In this document: one piece after another, positions 60,107 through 64,000 of the stretch
Position numbering within the stretch: position 1 is the first letter of the stretch
Layout of the letters: each line of letters begins with the position of its first letter
Source: Chara braunii
Lineage: Eukaryota; Plantae; Charophyceae
Length of the DNA: 64,000 bases
Direction: 5' to 3'
NCBI GenBank assembly: GCA_003427395.1
Contig: BFEA01000001.1
Span: forward strand, 1,116,382 to 1,180,381
The notes under the pieces: generated by a model
What the model saw: the letters and a program-made list of their open reading frames with translations, nothing else
The model's database searches: none
Told to the model about the DNA's origin: nothing
Program-made: the position numbers and the translations under genes

Positions 60107-62442
60107 GGGTATGCAAGGGGGTGAAATCCACAGATGTTTAGCTTTGCTGCCTCACAAGGTTATTCTAGGAAGAGAATTGTTTGCAGAAAAATTATGCGCT
60201 CCAGCTTCATCTTCATAGTCGCACCTGAGGACATACAGGAGGTGCAACCACAAAATTGCATCAATTAAATCCTAGGTTCATTATGATTGCACCTGAAAAC
60301 ATACAGAAGGTTGCACCTGACCACAGAAGTATAGGCTCTTACACAGCTTAACGACCTTGCTGTCTCTCAACCTACAGGTGAGCCCTGGTTAGAAAACTCA
60401 GTGCACGCAGATGTACAATCTCCCTTTTCTACCCCTCCAAACTGTCTACTGCACAGCACAGGATACCTTTAGTTGTTACCTTGTAGCTTGTAAAGATCGG
60501 GGGGAGGGGAAATGGGGGGAATGGAGCTGGTGATTTCTTTTACTCCACCCTTCTCCTCTTGTACTGTGTCTACTCCTCAGTTCTTTGCCCTTTTCCACCC
60601 TCTTCAAGTAGCCTTTCTGTGCCTTATCCAGATGCTCCATTCTGAGCTGGTTTAGGTTGCTCCCAGACGATTTCCTTCACACCTTTACTGTTCCGATGAA
60701 CTAAGCTGAACATACCCTTCCCTCCAGCTACTCAGCAGACACCCCTTTGCTGTCATATGTCCTTCAGCCCAGCCATTGCCTTCTGCAATTTCCTTCTACC
60801 TTGATCAGTGGGATAGATGGCCTACTAACCAGCCCGTGGCTGAATGAAATGCATTTACGAGTTTAAATCCTGATGGACTCAGATGGATATAATACTTCTA
60901 GGTGCTTGGAAAAAGAGATCGATGACCTGCTGTAATGTCACAAAGCATCAGTTCTTTTGTATCATCAAGCCCTAGATGCTCAACCTTGCAGAAAGGGCCA
61001 GAGTGATAATACACATGGGCACTGCCACCTCTGGTCTTCCTCACCGTTATGTGCATGGTGTTTCTTTTCCCTCCTTCCTAGTATAACTTACTATAAAGCA
61101 TTCTACGAATCGACATTACAACCGCTGATCTTGCATTTGCATCATTTTAACTTCCATGATCGTCCCACACAAAACTGTCAAATGGAAGTCTGAAGATTTG
61201 GCAGAAAGAAAATGACAAAGGCAGCACCATAGGAAATTAAGTGAATAGATAGAATCCACGTTTCACTTGCCTAGTATGACCATGCGCCTGATGTCGGGAA
61301 GGATTTGGTCACGCATTGTCGAGAATGCAGACTTGACAAGCTGGCCTCCCATGCGGATGTGAATACATGGTCCCCTGTTTGCATCCTCATGACCAAGACT
61401 CTCTGTGATGAACTCACACGAGTCACTACAATATGCCACACAGCCATGGCATAGGCAGACATCCACACATATACACAGCCAATTAGACATATTCAAGTGC
61501 TCAAAATCACTCCATAAATAAGTAGTACGATAGTGGCATTTATAAGAAAGATTTCTGGAAAGATGGCTGAAAAATAATTGTCAAACATTGACAAACAATA
61601 ATAAACATGACTATGGTACTCGTTCCCTTTATTTTCATTGCAAGGCACCATGAACAGAAATGACTTTTGATTCAACCACTCTCACCCTATTGCGATTGGC
61701 ACTTCCCTCTTCGAGACAGAGCTTCCATATTCGGAAGAAGACCCATGCTGCAAGTCCATACTTCTAAGGTGAGTGCAACCAAGACCTGCATTTCCTGCAT
61801 GGCAGAAGCCATGACCACCATCTTAATACAGCTTGGATGTCATCAAGCAGCTTGGTGGCTATGGATATTGATCCCTCCCGCCTCAAGGTAGCTATTACAA
61901 GTGCCTCGACACACTGGCCTTGGGCTTCTGATGCTCTTCCACCAAAGCAGCCACTGGGCAAGGGTGTTAGGGAGGGGAAGTTTACCAGGGTCTACAGGGG
62001 GTGTTCGACCAGGGCTTCGCAGGCATCCTGAAGAGGGAAGGGAGGGAGGGGTGTTGACTTTTTGATTTTGAAGTAGGTGGTGATGATGAGGGTACAAAGC
62101 AGAGCTGGGAAAGGGTGCGTGATGGTGCGCTGCTGAAGATTATTCAGGGTGGGCAGGCGTGTGATATCAGTACAAAGGGTTCGGTGGGGGAACAAGTGCC
62201 AGGGGGCAAGAAGGGGCCTTGAGAAGATTGATATAGGTGGTTGGTAAACTGTGATGGTTGCAGGGGTTGGAAAAAATCAGGATAGAGTGTGGGGGAATGG
62301 TGATGGGGACCAAAACGCAATTGAGAAGGGCAAATATGCCAAAGCGAGTTGAAATAAGCTATTTGGCAAGTTGTGGAGGAGGGAAGAGGAGAGGGGTTGC
62401 ACTTCTTCAACAAGTACCTCTCCCTCTCTCTGTCTGCCTCTT

Positions 62443-62477
62443 TCCCTCCCTCCCTCCCTCCCTCCCTGCCTCCCTCT

Positions 62478-62553
<76 letters not shown>
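62443..62553. repeat. Compound (CCCT)n(CT)n(CA)n microsatellite
   Basis: Direct reading. Confidence 0.95.
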
Positions 62554-62557
<4 letters not shown>

Positions 62558-63174
62558 TACATGCATGGGAGGGAGTAGCAAGCATAGGTATTTGAACTAA
62601 GTATGGTAGAGAAAAGTAGGGCCCTTGGTGTACCCCCTACCGGTTTGGGAATAACGGTTAATATTTGTATTGTTGACTGTTGAGATTTGATCCTAGGAGC
62701 CCTCAATGAAGTAGTAGCAGAATACATCGCTTGGCCTGTCGAAGCATGAGGATTCGAACTTGAGTCCTTGCTATTCGGGAATACAATGATAACGATTCAC
62801 AGAGGCGGCCTCGGTGGCTGCATAACGGTTGTAGCTGGGGACCTTTTGAACCCATGACCTCCTAAAAACAATTGAAACGCCGGGACGGGCACATGCAAAA
62901 TAGTGAAACTAGCCTGCATCTTGATCCCGAGACAGAGAAGGGTTAGCCGTGCTAACCCATCTTGCACCTAGCGCTAGAATGAGGGAAAGTTACGGTGAGG
63001 ATTGCGAAACTGTGACTGCCCGGGAAACACGCAATCAGGACTTAGAAGTAGAACGATACAACCACACAGGTCTGATCTGATATTTAACCGAGGATTAGCA
63101 GTGTAATAATCCTCTTCGTTCGGCGGGGCGAGCGCGACTAATCTCGCAGTTCGTCGCGTCTTGCGCTCGCAGGC

Positions 63175-63492
63175 CTAGTTTCTGCTGAATGTTTCCGCAG
63201 CGGCTATGTCTATGAGCGTGTCTCCCCCTCTCTTTGCCGCCGCTTCTTTCGCTCTTGAGATATCAGCCAACCCGCTCACCACCCTTCCGAGGATATCGTT
63301 TGCCATCTCTGCCACTATCTCGCTGTCGTGCTCCCTCGTTCCACCCGGAGTGTGTATCAAGTGCACACCGCTCTTAACAGTAGCCCTGGGTTCGTGGAGG
63401 ATCTTCTGATCCTCTGACCTTCTGATCGTCAGTATGGACTCTGCCTTCAGTTTTGAGGAAATGCTGCAGTTGCACTTGGAGGATGAGGGCAT
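63175..63492 (-). CDS. Possible coding segment or terminal exon, hypothetical protein
   Basis: Open frame with a natural-looking amphipathic helix (SEIVAEMANDILGRVVSGLADISRAKEAAAKRGG) in non-repetitive DNA. No homology recognised. Confidence 0.25.
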   Translation of the reverse strand: MPSSSKCNCSISSKLKAESILTIRRSEDQKILHEPRATVKSGVHLIHTPGGTREHDSEIVAEMANDILGRVVSGLADISRAKEAAAKRGGDTLIDIAAAETFSRN

Positions 63493-64000
63493 TTCGAACG
63501 CGCAAGCAGAAGCTCAACCGGAGGTGATGTTTTCCTTTTGATTTCCCATCCCCTCCCATATGTCCCCGTATAAGATACCTATAATGGTTCTCAGTATTGC
63601 CTATCATTGCGTAATCACTTCGTGCTATCCATTTTTAAATTACCTCTGATGAGCTAGTCTGTGGCATAACTAGCGAAAAGCATGTTTCAGGATGCATGCC
63701 ACCACCCTAGCCAGTGAATACGCAAGATTCTCCCGCCTACCCTGAGTGTGGTAATTTGGTGGGATACCAAACGTATTGAGAACCTAGTCCTATCCTTATT
63801 TCTATTCCCACCCCGACTATGGAATTCCTGCGTTTTAATAAGAAATATATGCATGTATATATATCGTCAAATAGAACTGCCCGGTAAACCGTAGGCAGAG
63901 AGGGAGAAGAGGACAACAAACGAGGGGCTGTGACAAACTGTTTCGTCGGAGTTTCACCGACTCATCAGGAGGCTGAACCCTCAACAGTCTGTAGAATCCC

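Noticed and set aside
59838-60218. Poly-Cys/Thr/Leu ORFs (and ORFs at 62144-62727)
   Set aside because: Translations of microsatellites.
62745-62770. tRNA or SINE (B-box GTTCGAATCC on the minus strand)
   Set aside because: No A-box or cloverleaf could be found.

Overview
Repeat-saturated eukaryotic DNA with no confidently identifiable host gene. The style of the Ty3/gypsy elements suggests a streptophyte alga such as Chara, which is an inference only. From left to right: (1) a chromodomain-bearing Ty3/gypsy element (1188-7752) with an internal ~5.5 kb inversion, followed after a single N by a second copy of the same flank carrying only a solo LTR; (2) a LINE RT relic, MITEs and several solo-LTR-like units; (3) the 3' end of a second chromovirus, whose integrase is interrupted by an 18 kb non-chromovirus LTR retrotransposon (21174-39192, minus strand). 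That large element has 2.8/3.6 kb satellite-containing LTRs, a tRNA-Asp PBS, a 4-bp TSD and a ~4.5 kb cluster of extra ORFs upstream of gag, including an intact 567-aa ORF and a repeated ~80-100-aa domain; (4) a Nextera mate-pair junction adapter artefact; (5) an unclassified region with an array of six hairpins that share one loop but have different, compensating stems (42610-43260), the most unusual signal in the window; (6) a related 3.4 kb LTR carrying a 46-bp satellite with higher-order structure; (7) a third, decayed chromovirus, microsatellites and weak exon candidates. All analysis was done by eye, so boundaries without TG/CA or TSD support are approximate.
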